Source: Chiloscyllium plagiosum (lineage: Eukaryota). Taken from it: a DNA stretch of 43,783 nt. A program made the translations under genes and the position numbers. A model generated the notes under the pieces. That model made no database searches, was not told where the DNA came from, and was given only the letters and a program-made list of their open reading frames with translations. Shown here piece after piece: positions 1 through 12,573 of the stretch. The DNA is taken from the NCBI RefSeq assembly GCF_004010195.1, contig NC_057718.1, positions 49,912,791 to 49,956,573 on the forward strand, read 5' to 3'. Positions within the stretch are counted from its first letter, which is position 1; each line of letters begins with the position of its first letter.

Positions 1-199
1 TTCAGGCCATCGTGACAGGTTATGATCAGTGGGTTCATCGGGACAGGGTAAGATCCTGGGGGTGCCACACGATTTATTCCTTTCAGAAAGGAAAGTTGGG
101 GGGGAGTGTCCCTAATCTTCACTGCTCTCGGCATACATAAAGTCTTGTTCTTCCATTTCATAAAATCCTGGAATCCCTCCAATGCAAATTGTGTCTGTA

Positions 200-491
200 C
201 CAACCCACCAAAGAGCTTGCCATTGAGACCCAACCTTATCCCTGTAACCCTACATTCCCCATGGCTAATCCACCGAGCTTGCACACCCCTGGATACTACT
301 GGGCAATTTACCATGGCCAATACGTCTAACCTGCACATCTTTGGACCATTGGATGGAACTGGAATACTCAGTGGAAATCCATCAGACATGATGAGAATAT
401 GCAAACACCATGCAGTTGCCTGAGGGTGGAATCAAACCCTGGTCCCTGGTGCTATAAGGAAGCAAACCTAACCTCTGAGCCACCATGCCAC
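200..491 (-). mobile_element. HE1-type V-SINE (tRNA-derived), diverged
   Basis: Minus strand starts GTGGCATGGTGGCTCAGAGGTTAG (A-box-like) ... GGTTTGATTCC (B box), then V-domain-like GTCCAAAGATGTGCAGGTTAG..TTGGCCATGGTAAATTGCCC; homologous to copies at 17787, 27090, 40939. Confidence 0.85.
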
Positions 492-896
492 AGGGTACTA
501 TGCATACTGTAAAAACAACTTTGATATTTGGTAAGACTGAGAAAATAGCAGGGCTAAATTTACAGTGCACTATCATTGTGGGTCATAATACTTAACTCCA
601 GGGCAGAGGATATTCCATTCCCTCCCCATTGAGTCTTGGTCCTCTCAGCGTTGCTGTGGGTCAATAAGACAAGGAGGGTTGTGAATAATGAACTTGGATA
701 GAAGAGCAATTAATGGGGATGCAGGAGTTGGAGTGGTGTTGAGTTAGCAGGAAGTGTTTGTAGTCTTGAAGGGTGAGGTAGATGAGAGCATAATAGGGAG
801 AGTTATTGTCTGTGAGCTTTGATGAGATGCTTGTGTATAGCAGAGTTAGAGTGATTGAACAGTGAATGTGAGGCAGCAGTGGGAAAATGCATAATT

Positions 897-1080
897 TACC
901 CTTGTGGAGGGTGGAAGATCATTGAGCCTCTTCCTGCATTGCTCAGGACACAAGCTTGAGCAAGGCTGCTATCTTCAGTCCAAGCTGACTGTGTCTGGTG
1001 GTATGGCATGCTTCAACATTCTTCCAGAAAAAGAATGGCCATCCTCTCCATTACCCTGTCTATATGCACCTCCAAGACCA
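897..1080 (-). mobile_element. PIF/Harbinger Myb/SANT-like ORF remnant (element probably ~550-1400)
   Basis: Frameshifted minus translation LEVHIDRVMERMAILF...QTQSAWTE(I)AA...EQCRKRLNDLPPSTR followed by donor GTAAAT; matches the Myb/SANT-like (trihelix) signature of the Harbinger second ORF. Confidence 0.65.
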
Positions 1081-2320
1081 TGTGTGCAAATCAAGGAGAT
1101 AACTTGCTTCATGGGCCAGTTACTTGAGGAAAATGGTGCAGGGTCACACTTTGAGGGCTAGTTCCTGGCTTGCAGCATCTGGAGTGGTGCACAACTAGGC
1201 TTCAAATATGGTGCCAGTCGCATGAAAACCAGAAGATCCCAGCATTGCCCTCCCATCTTTTCATGATTCCAATTGAAGGGTGTGAAAGAACCCAGTTGCT
1301 CAATTAAAGACTTGAAAAGCAGAAGGCCAAAGTCACTTTGGATCATACAGTGGACTCACCACCATGAATTTCACTTTGACTGTAAATGGGAATTTACACT
1401 CCATACATTTTGAATACTCATGAGCATATTTAACAAATACCGTTTTTCTTTCAGGAAACACACACAACTAGCAGAAATAATTTGCTTTCAATTGAGAGGT
1501 TGCTCCAACTTGAACAGTTGTCTTCAAGATTAGATAAATGGTACTGTAAGCCTAACCTATAATTGTTCATGATTTTATACATGTGCTGAAGTGAAGAAAT
1601 GTTAAAAGGGAAACCAGTGAAAATTACCACGCAGTACTTCATAAGATTTATAATATACTGTTATTTGGATTAGATGAGGTAATTAAATAATTTTGATAAC
1701 ATTTCAGAGTGGAGTATTTTGAGTAATATGCAGATAGCAATAGCTGAATAATTTCCTTTGCTTTGGGATTTATTTTCCCTTTTATACAGTGTTACAAAGC
1801 TCAGACTGACTTGAACTACCACTGCAGGTACAATGCTTCATTTTTGCACTTGTGTTCTTTGGGAAACACTCGTTTTTATGATTCAGCAGTCCAACTGTCA
1901 ATGAAATTGGACAATGCAGCACACAGAGGTATTGTTTAAACTGATTCAGAGATATATATTAGAAGCCAAATATTGCAAATCCAAAAGAAAGTTCTGTTTG
2001 TCTTTCAGACTGCCTTCAAAGACACAACTCCTTAACTAATCTGAGTGTTTTGTTATTATCTCTTGGGTTGTTTTGTAAGCCTCTTCCTCTGGTTGACGAC
2101 ATTTCTCTTTGCAGTTCTCATTTCCTACTTGCACTTAACTCTTTGGCTGCTCATTACAAAATGTACCTCAACTTTCTGGAATACCTGGAGACTATAAATT
2201 GATCTTGTATGAATTTCCAATGCTGAATGTTGCAACAAACTAAAATGAGATTGGAAAATTGCAAATTTGCGTTATCTGAAAGTGTTCTTCATTTTCCAAA
2301 ATCTTAGTCTTTGATATTTT

Positions 2321-2364
2321 ATGTGTGTGTCTGAGTGTGTGCATGCATGTGCATGTGTGCACAC
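2321..2364. repeat. Imperfect (TG)n/(TGCA) microsatellite
   Basis: atgtgtgtgtctgagtgtgtgcatgcatgtgcatgtgtgcacac. Confidence 0.8.
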
Positions 2365-2677
2365 ATTATACCGTCACAGCTCTTCACAGACTTCTTACTT
2401 TAATTATGTGGAATTAAGGATTTTCAATAGCCATGGCACAAGTCAGATTATTTGCAATATCTTATCCCGTTTTGAAGAAGAGGTTGAATTAATTGTACTT
2501 TTGAAAAAAAATAGAGCACATGGATGTTGAATGAGTAAGCAATATTAGTTGAAAAGAGAGCAGAGTTTATACAGGTGCAAAATCACAATATTTGTGAGTT
2601 TTTCAAACTTGCTGCTGAACACAGAGCCAGGCAGCATGTGACCATAGTATTAATACAAATGGTGCACAGATAGAGTT

Positions 2678-2964
2678 GGTCTCAGAATAAGGGGTTGTAC
2701 ATATAAGACAGCATTGAGGAGATTTTTCTTCTTTTAGAGGTGTATGAATCTGTGAAATTATTTACTAAATGGGGCAGTGGAGTCAGGGTTATTAGGTTTA
2801 TTCAAGGTTGAGATAAACAGATTTATAATCATTAAGGGAATCAAGTGTTTCAGGGAAAAGGCCAGAAAATGAAGTTCAGGATTCCGAGATCAGCCATGAT
2901 CTCATTGAACAGCAGGGCAAACTCAATGGACTGAATGGCCCACTTCTGCTCCTATGTCTTATGG
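2678..2964 (+). mobile_element. CR1 LINE 3' end fragment
   Basis: Decayed ORF2 C-terminus plus tail agatcagccatgatctcattgaa...ctgaatggcc..cttctgctcctatgtcttatg, shared with 28690-29000 and 31955-32070. Confidence 0.8.
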
Positions 2965-3225
2965 ATGTTTTTAACAAAGACCTGAATTCTGATCCTGGGC
3001 TGAACATTACAGTGGGGGTGGACTGCTCTCCCTCCAGACAGAAACTGTCTCATCTGTTGCAAGCCTCCCCCACTGATGTAACACACCAAAGGAAAGCCAA
3101 ATGGCCTCATTACAAGATTTATGCTCCTCCTTGGGGAAGCGGTTCTGCCTTTGAGAGCTGCCAGCCAATCAGTTCACCCTCCAGCATCACGCATTCAGTA
3201 ATAGGTGCTGCCATACTGTAGTATA

Positions 3226-3347
3226 TGATGTGAAGATGCCAGTGCTGGACTAGGGTGGATAAGGTCAACAGTCAAAAGACACCAGGTTATAGTCCAACAG
3301 GTTTCTTTGCAATTGCAAGCTTTTGGACGGATGGTTCTTCATCAGGA
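3226..3347 (-). mobile_element. PLE pLTR fragment, family B, degenerate HHR
   Basis: acaccaggttatagtccaacaggttt...aagctttt...cttcatcagg homologous to 19440, 32856 and 33762 copies. Confidence 0.8.
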
Positions 3348-3879
3348 ATGGTGTGATAGGGAGGTATAAGACACAGTATTTATAAGCAAGCATGCCTGAT
3401 GGATGCCATGTACGTCTGGCAGGTTGCACAGGCATTGACAAGGTATTGAATGTCGTGATTCATCCCAGCCACTGCAGTATAATGACTTATGTGCTAGCCA
3501 TCTTGTGTGTTCAAGACCTGTGTGGCGCTAGTGTAGTATGGACATGTTATCACATAATGCTTTTGTTATTAGGGGTGGTTTACATTTGAAAATGCCTTTT
3601 GTTATCCACCAAGTTTATCTTTTGTGGTCAAACTGAATCTTCTCATGTACCTCATCAATATTGTCAGACCATCCCTGAACAATATTGCTCTTTTGTAGCT
3701 GTTGTTTTTGCTTAACTTCAGCAGTAGTTGATTGCAACTGTTCACACTGGATCTGGTCAAAGTGTAACAGATCACCTGTAAGAAACATAAGCACAAAATT
3801 GAGTAGCTCGATCTTTATATGAATTGGATAATCCAATCAGTGCATCAGATGTAATGATCTTGGTACCCTAAATCTAAAG

Positions 3880-4930
3880 AACAGACAAGAATGATTAAAA
3901 GGTTAAACAGCAGCAAGACATTTGAGCTTGAGAGGAAGCTATCTAGAAATGATACAAAATGGACAGCAAACATTTCTACAGGCACCTCATGGGAGGAGTG
4001 AGTAAAGTGAATGCAAATGAACAGTTAATAGTAGACAAAAAAGAAATGGCCGGGAGAATTAACAAATATTTTTCTTCTGTATTTGCTGTAGAGAATATTA
4101 AAATATTCAGTAAGTCAGAAATCAGGAAGTAGAAAGGAGGCACCTGGTGAAATTGCTATCACCAATGAAGTAGTACTGAGAAAACTAATGGTCCTACAGG
4201 CTGATAAGTCCCCGGATTTGATAGACTTTATACTATGGTCTTAAATAAAACTGACTAATATGATAGTAGGTATGTAGACATTAATTTTTCAAGACTAAAT
4301 TTTTGAAAGGTTCAGTGGAACTGGAAAGTAGCAAATATAACTCTTCTATTCAAGAAAGGAGAACAGCAGGAAATTGAAAACTATAGGTCAGTTAGCATGG
4401 TGTCCTTCAAGGGGAAAGTGTTTGAATCAATCATTAAAGAGGTTACAGCTGGGCACTTAGAAAAATTCTAGGCAATCAGGAAGAGTCAGCATGGCTTTGT
4501 GCAAAGAAAATCATGTTTAGCCAATGTATTGGATTTTTTTGAAGAAGGAACATGCACTGTGAACAAGGGGCAGCCCATTGACATACTGTACATGGATTGT
4601 CAGAAGGCATTTGACAAAGTGCCGCATAAAGGTTATTGTGTAAAATAGAAGTACATAATACAATAGAATGATATAGAGGATAACATACTAGTCTGGATAG
4701 AAGATTAGCTGCATGCAAGTAAACAGAGTTTACATAAATGGGACTTTTTATGATTGGCAGGATGTGATGAATGCAGTACAGCAAGAGTCTATGTTGGATA
4801 TTCAACATTTTACAACTTATATCTTTGACTTGGATGAGGGGGAATAAAGGCATGTTAGCTAAATTTGCAGATGACACAAAGATAGGAAGCATTTTGTGAA
4901 GACAACATAAGGAGGTTACAGACCATTAAT
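3880..4930 (+). mobile_element. CR1 LINE ORF2 (RT) fragment, decayed
   Basis: Motifs WKVANITLLFKKG, NYRSVS, SQHGF, KAFDKVPH, KFADDTK with stops and frameshifts. Confidence 0.85.
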
Positions 4931-5063
4931 AGAGATGCAAATAGTTTCCACATAATTACTGAGGCTGCCATCTCCAGTGGCACATACCTTGGCATCCTTA
5001 CCATATGTAGGGTGACAAAGAGGAGCTAGCCACAACTTCCAAGAATGCACTGATCTAAAACCA

Positions 5064-5200
5064 ACAGAGTTTTGGTGATGAGTCAAATTTGTCTCAAAAC
5101 TTTGAATCTGTTTCTCTCTCCACATTTGACCCAGACCTGTTGAGTTTCTTCAACATGCTCTGTGTCTATTTCAGATTTCCAACAGTACTTTGCTTTTATT
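5064..5200 (+). mobile_element. PLE pLTR fragment, family C-like, very degenerate HHR
   Basis: tttctctctccaca...agacctgttgagtttcttcaaca is the reverse complement of the family C pLTR at 20897 and 36981. Confidence 0.6.
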
Positions 5201-6717
5201 AATAGTAATGAACTGATCCAAGCAGATTTGCAAATTACAATTACTCCTCCCCTCAATGGGTTGAGTTTACAATCTTACTGCCTGGTGGAAACAGGGCAGT
5301 AGATGATTGCTGACATTTTAAGGGTAGTACTGCCATTTTTGCCACATTTTGAGAGATTGCATATCATGATTGATTTGATTTAGTGTGTTCTTCAAAGTCA
5401 GGACACGTTCACCTCACCAGACTCATCAAGATTGTTTTCTTTTGCATGACTCCATAGCCGTTGTGCAATTATGGAGATGGCAATGACCATTTCTTGCTGT
5501 TATTCCAGTTTGAAGTATCTCCTACTTCCTCACTAGTGAACCTTGGGGCTTTGCTTTGTTCTTACAAACTATCAGATAATCTTATACCAAAAATCACACT
5601 GCAAAAGTTTTTTTGAACTATGACATCTTAAAGTTGTTGCAGCTGTTTAGGTCTCACAGTAGTTTGCAACTGTCTGCCTCTGCATTGGTGGTTTCTCAAT
5701 GTTCTTGGCACTGGAAGCTTGTTTGCATTATTCTGGAGATCCCATTGGTTTCAGGTCACTTCTCATTGCATTGGCATGACTCATGCTCAACCTAGAAATT
5801 CAGGATAAACATAATCTTCAGGTGTGTTTTATAACATAACAAACTGTCAAGCTTTTGAGATACAATTCTGACATGTTAATATCTCTCCTGTAGCCATATT
5901 TTTCCTTCATCCTGACTCTATTTCTGCTTCAATACAAATTAAACTGTTCCCAATTCAATACTATGTACAAATCCTATTCGTGGGCAGGAAAGTTGATAAT
6001 GTCAGTAAGCCTTGCCAAATCAGGTTTCTTAATCCCTAGTTATTAAACTGCACTGCTCCAATTGTACACAGCCAAGCATACATCAAGATTGCACATTCAA
6101 ATGTTATTAAAACTATTACTTACAAAAAGCAATAAGGAATTTTCCTCTTTAAGTCCCTGATTTGAAAATATCCAATCATCATGAAAATGGATAAAGAGCT
6201 CAAGTCATCAGTTCACAGCTCCTTATGCATTGCCCTGGAATTTTCCAGGGGAGGGGTCAGAATCGAGTCTGTGACTAACTGCAATTGGTATGATTCAATT
6301 GCTGACATTTTAATGAGATACAAAGGGATATCCATGGAGTCCAACCTTAATTTCCCATTGCTCCAATCATGCAATGTTTCAATTCGTGCACGAGGAATAG
6401 GGAAACCCCAGGTATAAATTCTGAGGGTCTCATTAAATTAAAGCAGATTTTTTGGCTTCAGGGTTTACATAGAGAGCTGCTTCCAGCAGATCCAAAAACC
6501 AATAGCCGTGCCTGCCACTGTATTCGATTTTAAGCCTATGGTTTGATCCTACATGTAGATAGGCCTATGGTTCACCTCCACTTTGACAGCCCAGAGCAAT
6601 AAACTCAATCACCGCTCAGTTACATGAATCATAACATGTGTACTAGTTCAAATCCAGACTGGTGCTGTTGGGAACTGTGTTCCTATACCGCTTTTGGCTG
6701 CCTGTTAGTTGTTCATT

Positions 6718-6805
6718 AGAGACAAAAAAACTGCAGATGCTGGAATCCAATGTAGACAGCTAGAGGCTGGAAGAACACAGCAAGCCAGGCAGCATCAGGA
6801 GGTGG
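6718..6805 (-). mobile_element. 88-bp PLE pLTR 3' fragment with 15-bp TSD
   Basis: ctgcagatgctgga...gctggaagaacacagc..caggcagcatc; TSD tgttagttgttcatt at 6703-6717 and 6806-6820. Confidence 0.85.
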
Positions 6806-7494
6806 TGTTAGTTGTTCATTGGCAAGATGATAGGTTATCAATTCTGGACATACTGATGTTAATGAATTTGTTTCAGAGAATTTCTGTAAATAACAAACTT
6901 ATTTTGTAATGTAACTTTGATGTTAATGTTACCACAGAAGGTACTGAGTGTTTTTTTGTTAAAGCTATACTGCCAACAAATATTAATGCTGCTGTTGGAA
7001 GGTATGGCAGGAATCCTTCATAGGTTGAATGGCTTGGCCAGTTGACATAAGTAGACTTTATTCTTCAACTTATTGTAACACGCCTTTTGTGGCTAACAGT
7101 GAAAAAACAGATAAATGATGATTTTCATGCAATAGCTGTTTTTTGTGAAATGCACTCTTGTATAAACTGATGGTTTTCACAGTGGCAGTAACCTTTGCCC
7201 CTATCCTAAAGTGCCATATTAATCATTTATTATGTAGCTATTAATTGTGAACAGTGATCAATTTGGAAATATACATTTGGCATAGATCTTCCCTTGTACC
7301 ATGGGTACAGTGAAGTAATAAACTTATTCATCGAAGAAATCCAAGGAATAGATATAATGCAGAAGTGGTTTAGCTGCTCACTGTCTTACCCCTTCACACA
7401 TTTGTATCTCCTCCAGCAATTTATTAGATAGCTGATATAGATATCTGAAATATCTATATTTATCTAATCCTGGCTTCGAGAGCATCCTCAATCA

Positions 7495-7866
7495 GAGACT
7501 TTTGGAGATCTGAGGTGTACAAAGTTCGAGGGGCATGAACAGGGTAGATAGGGAGAAACATTTTCCCTTAATAAAAGTGTGAATAACCAAGGGGCACAGT
7601 TTCAAGGTAAGGAGCATGGGATTTAAAAGGGATTTCAGGACATAATTTTCCATCCAGAGAATTGTGCGACCTGGAGCTTACTGCCTGAAATGATGGTAGA
7701 GTTAGGAACCCTCAAACTTGAGAAGTATTTTGATGCGCACTTGAAATGCCATGGTATCCAAGGCTATGGGCCATGTGGAGGAAAATGAGAATAGAATAGA
7801 TGACAGGTGCAGACACAATGTACCGAAGGGTTTTTCTCTGTACGGTAAAAGCTCAATGACTCTATG
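7495..7866 (+). mobile_element. CR1 LINE 3' end
   Basis: ORF2 C-terminus (TKGHSFKVR..FKRDFRT..F) and tail ending atgactctatg. Confidence 0.85.
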
Positions 7867-8476
7867 TCCCATGATTTTAATTGCTCCACCATTGGTGGCC
7901 ATGTCATAGAGTCACAGATGTACAGTATGGAAACAGACGCTTCAGTCCAATTAATCCGTGCTGACCAGATATTCTAAATTAATCTAGTCCCATTTGCCAG
8001 CATTTGGCCCATTTTCCTCTAAACCCTTCCTATTCACAAACCCATCTAGATGCCTTTTAAATGTTGTAATTGTTCCAGCCTCCACCACTTCCTCTGGCAG
8101 CTTGTTCTATACACACACCACCTTCTGCAAGAAAAGGTTACTCCTTAGGTCCCTTTTAAATTTGTCCCCTCTCACCTGAAACCTACGCCCTCTAGTTTTG
8201 GACTTCACTATCCTGGGGAAAAGACTTTGTCTATTCACCCTATCTATGCACCTCATGATTTTATGAACTCCTACAAGATCACCATCAGCCTCTGATGCTC
8301 CAGGGAAAATAGCCCCAGACTATTCAGCCCCTCCCTATAGCTCAAACCCTCCAACCCTGGCAAAATCTTTGTAAATCTTTTCTGAAACCTTTCAATTTTC
8401 ACAACATCCTTCCTATACCAGGGAAACTAGAACTGAATGCAGGATTCCAAATGTGACCTAACCAATGTTCTGTACA

Positions 8477-10197
8477 CAATGTTCGGGAACCCCGCACTTC
8501 CCAAATCTACCTCGTACCCAAGATCAACAAGACTGACCACCCCGGCCAACCCATCATCCCAGCCTGCTCCTGCCCCACCAAATTCATCTCCACCTACCTT
8601 GATACTGTCCTATACCCCCAGTCCAGGATCTCCTCACATATATTTGGGACACCACCCACGTACTCCGCCTCCTCCAAGACTTCTGTTTCCTTAGCCATCA
8701 ACACCCCTCATCTTCACCATAGACATCCAGTCCCTCTACACTTCCATCCGCCAAAACCAGGGCCTCCAAGCTCTCTGTTTCTTCCTCTCCCGACGTCCCC
8801 ATCAGTACCCTTCCACTGACACTCTTATCCATTTGGCTGAACTGGTCCTCACCCACAACAATTTTTCCTTTGAATCCTCGCCCTTCCTCCAGAGCAAAGG
8901 GGTAGCCATGGACACCCACATGGGCCCCAGCTATGCCTGTCTCTTTGTCGGCTACGTAGAACAGTCTATCTTGTGGAGTTACACTGGTACCACTCCCCAC
9001 CTTTTCCTCCACTACATTGATGACTGCATCAGCGCCACCTTGTGCTCCCATGAGGAGGTTGAACAGTTCATCAACTTCACCAACACATTCTACCCAGACC
9101 TTAAATCCACCTGAACCATCTCTGACACATCTCTCCCCTTCCTGGAACTCTCCATCTCCATCAACAATGACTGACTCAACATGGACATTTTCTACAAATC
9201 CACGGACTCCCACTGTTACCTGGATTACACCACCTCCCACTCTGCCTCCTGCAAAAATGCTATCCCCTATTCCTAACTCCTCTGTCTCCACCACATCTGC
9301 TCCCAGAACAGACCCGATGGCCTCCTTCTTTAAAGACTGCAATTTCCCCTTCCAAGTGGTTGAAGATGTCCTCCAATGCATCTCATCCACGTCCCATACC
9401 TCTGCACTTGAACTGTACCCCTCCAGCTGCAACAAGGACAGAATCCCGCTGGTCCTCACCTACCACCCCACAAACCTCCGTATGCATCGCATCATCCTCC
9501 GCCATTTATGCCACCTACAAACGGACCCACACCAGAGATATATTTCCCACCCCACCCTAATCCATTTTCCATAAAGACTGTTCCCTCCACGACTACCTGG
9601 TCAGGTCCATTCCCCCTAACAGCCCAACCTTCCCCCCTGGCACCCTCTCCTGCCACTGCAGGAATTGCAAAACCTGCGCCCACACATCCTCCCTCACCTC
9701 CATCCAAGGTCCCAAAGGAGCCTTCCACATCCATCAAATCTTCACTTGCACCTCCACACATTTACTGCATTTGTTGCTCCCGATGCGGTCTCCTCTACAC
9801 TGGGGAGACTGTATGCCTACTCGCAGAACGCTTCAGAGAATATCTCCAGGACACCTGCACCAATCAACCCCACCACCCTGTGACCGAACATTTCAATTCC
9901 CCCTCCCACTCTGCCGAGGACATGCAGGTCCTGGGCCTCCTCCGTCACCATTTTCTTACCACCCGACGCCTGGAGGAAAAAACCCCTATCCTCTTCTGAA
10001 CTCTTCAACCCCAGGGCATCAATGTGGACTTCACCAGTTTCCTCATTTCCCCTCCCCCCAGTTCCAACCTTTGATGAAGGGCTTTTGCCCGAAATGTTTA
10101 TCTTCCTGCTTCTCAGATGCTGCCTGACCTGATGTGAATTTCCAGCACTACTCTAATCTTGACTCTAATCTCCAGCATCTGCAGTACCCACTTTTGC
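8477..10197 (+). mobile_element. Penelope-like retroelement (Neptune-like), 5'-truncated, decayed RT + GIY-YIG + pLTR
   Basis: GVAMDTHMGPSYACLF and YIDD (RT); Cys linker SCHCRNCKTC; IYCICCSRCGLLYTGET..RFRE (GIY-YIG); pLTR 10071-10197; TSD ccaatgttctgtaca at 8462-8476 and 10198-10212. Confidence 0.93.
10071..10098 (+). ncRNA. Hammerhead ribozyme remnant in family A pLTR
   Basis: TTGATGA-A-GGGC-TTTT-GCCC-GAAA-TGTT; C3 and stem I lost. Confidence 0.65.
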
Positions 10198-11127
10198 CCA
10201 ATGTTCTGTACAGCCTCAACGTGACTTCCCAACTCCTTCACTGACCAATAAAGCAAAGTATACCAAACACCTTCTTTATTGTCCTCTCTTCCTGTGACTC
10301 CACTTTCAAGGAAGTATGAACCTGCACTCCAAGGTCTCTTTATTCAGCGACACTCCCAAAGACCTCATTAAGTGGATAAGTCCTGCCTTGATTTGCCTTT
10401 CCAAAATACCACTTTTATCAAGATCTCACATTTATCAAGATTAAACTTGGCTTTCAAAGCCTTAAGCTCTGTAATTAATTCCTGAACTTCTCCAGGTCAT
10501 TTTCTGATATGCAGATTCTCCTTAAAATACTTTATTGCCTGCGTTTTCGGTGATTTGCCCAAATATCTCCTGTTGTGGTTCAATGCCATCATTTACTTTA
10601 TAAAGCTCCTGAAAAGCACCTTGAGAAGTTTTATTATATTAAATCTGATAAATCAAGATGTTGATGTCAAGTCTGCTCAAGTGGTAAATAATATTCTATT
10701 ACATTCATGATGAATTAGAAGCAATTTTTTTGCCTCTGCCCTAAACTATTGCAAGCAATGAACTGCCATAATGTACGAAATGTTCACAGAAAATAAAATT
10801 TGTCAGTAAACCAATTTAAGTCATAACAATGATATAATGTTCAAATTATGCAAAGCAGCACAGAAGCTCTCAAATGTCTTTACCATATTGTGATTAACAA
10901 ATGAATTGATCCCATGTGTTCAGAAGTAGTACGCTCACATTAGACTTACTCAGAAACTGCGTATCATTGTTCATTATAAGAATTTTTGGAGATAACACTG
11001 ATCATTTTCCTCTAAAGTCATTGTTGTTTATTATCTGCTATTTTTGACCTGTGAAACTTACCTGCACAGAAGACAGCACCTATTTGTTGCCTTTTTTTGC
11101 CCTTTGACAATATGTTTCCAACACATT

Positions 11128-12090
11128 CTTGAACGAAGTGACCAGGAAGGCTGACGAGGGCAGGACAGTAGACATAGTCTATCTGGATTTCAGTAAGGCC
11201 TTTGATAAGGTTCCACAAAGTAGGATGCTCTGAAGGTTAGATCACCTGGAATCCAGGGGGAGCTGGAAAATTGGATATGAAACTGGCTTGATGGTTGAAA
11301 GCAGAGGGTAATAGTGGAAAGATGCTTGTTGGGTGGAGGCCTGTGACTAGTAGAGTGCCTCATGGGTCAGTGCTGTGCCCATTGCCATTTGTTATCTATA
11401 TTAATGATGTGGGTGAAAGTGTGCAAGGCATGATTAGTAAGTTTGCTGATGACATGAAAATAGGCAGTATTGTGGATAGTGAGGAAGGTTATCAGAAATT
11501 GCAGCAGGACCTTGATCAGCTGGGAAGTGGGTTGAGAAATGGCAAATGAAGTTTAATATAGTTAAGTGTGAGGTCTTGCATTTTGGAAAGTCAAATCAAG
11601 ATATGAATTTCATAGTGAATGGTAGGGCCTTCAGGAGTGTAGTGGAACATAGGGATCTTGGAGTTTAGATTCACAGTTCTCTGCAAGTGGAGTCACAGGT
11701 AGACAGGGCAGTGAGGAAGGCTTTTGGCACATTGGCATTCATCAGTCAGGGCACTGAGTATAGAAGTTGGGAAGCTATGTTGCAGTTATACAGATCGTTG
11801 GTGAGGCTGCACTTGGAGTATTAGGTTCAGTTTTGGTAAACTTGTTATAGGAAGATGTTATTAAACTAGAAAGAGTGCAGAAGAAATTTATAAGGATTTT
11901 CCCTGGACTCAATGGTGTGAGTTATAGGGAGAGGTTGGACAAGCTGGGACTTTTTTTGTTAGAGTGTGGGAGACTAAAGGGGGACCTTATAGAGGTGTAT
12001 AAAATCATGAGACGCATGGATAGGCTGAATGTACTCAGTCTTTTTCCCAGGGTTGGGGAATCAGGGACTAGAGGGCATCAGTTTAAGGTG
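11128..12090 (+). mobile_element. CR1 LINE ORF2 fragment
   Basis: DFSKAFDKVP, VPHGSVLCPL, KFADDMK, LKGDLIEVYKIM, TRGHQFKV. Confidence 0.92.
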
Positions 12091-12091
12091 G

Positions 12092-12205
12092 ATGTGGGTG
12101 CTGCAGATGCTGGAGATTATGGTCAAGATTAGAGTGGTGCTAGAAAAGCACAGCAGGTCAGGCAGCATCCAAGGAGCAGGAAAATCGACATTCCAGGCAA
12201 AAGTT
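12092..12205 (-). mobile_element. PLE pLTR fragment, family A
   Basis: gctgcagatgctggagatt..agagtggtgctagaaaagcacagcaggtcaggcagcatcc is the reverse complement of 10085-10195. Confidence 0.85.
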
Positions 12206-12368
12206 CTACAATGCCTGCCTTAAAAAGGGGACAGTTCAGGTACATATTAAATACATTCACATGAAAAGAAATGGTAACCTAACAAAACCTGGACCTCTAT
12301 GGATGATGGAAAATATATGAGGTAAGGTAAAGCAGAGAAAGTGTTTATGACAGACATCTGGTTAATAA

Positions 12369-12573
12369 GGTAAAAACAGTGACTACCGATGCTGGAAACC
12401 AGATTCTGGATTAGTGGTGCTGGAAGAGCCCAGCAGTTCAGGCAGCATCCGATGAGCAGTAAAATCGATGTTTCGGGCAAAAGCCCTTCATCAGGAATAC
12501 AGGATTTGATTTTACTGCTCCTCGGATGCTGCCTGAACTGCTGGGCTCTTCCAGCACCACTAATCCAGAATTA
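12369..12573. mobile_element. Palindromic PLE pLTR insertion, family A
   Basis: Inverted arms 12403-12466 and 12508-12571 (1 mismatch); TSD ggttaataa at 12360-12368 and 12574-12582. Confidence 0.9.
12461..12500 (-). ncRNA. Minimal type I hammerhead ribozyme motif, family A
   Basis: GUAUUC-CUGAUGA-A-GGGC-UUUU-GCCC-GAAA-CAUC-GAUU; core intact, stem III palindrome decayed from ACGU to ACAU. Confidence 0.75.

Larger units (their letters stand above)
7905..10420 (-). mobile_element. CR1 (HER1-like) LINE 3' part, interrupted by a PLE at 8477-10197
   Basis: Tail catagagtcacagatgtacagtatggaaacag.. resembles HE1 SINE tails; sequence resumes colinearly after 10212. Confidence 0.88.
7380..10668 (+). 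mobile_element. L2 LINE 3' end split into ~7380-7492, 7867-7904 and ~10449-10668
   Basis: Pieces ..ctcctccagc../..gagcatcc.., gattttaattgctccaccattggtggccatg, and ..ccttaagctctg..ctccttaaaa..gctcctgaaaagcaccttgagaagttttattatattaaa join colinearly into an L2-type tail. Confidence 0.6.

Noticed and set aside
8698..9459. 253-aa minus-strand ORF as a novel gene
   Set aside because: It is the antisense shadow of the C-rich PLE RT region.
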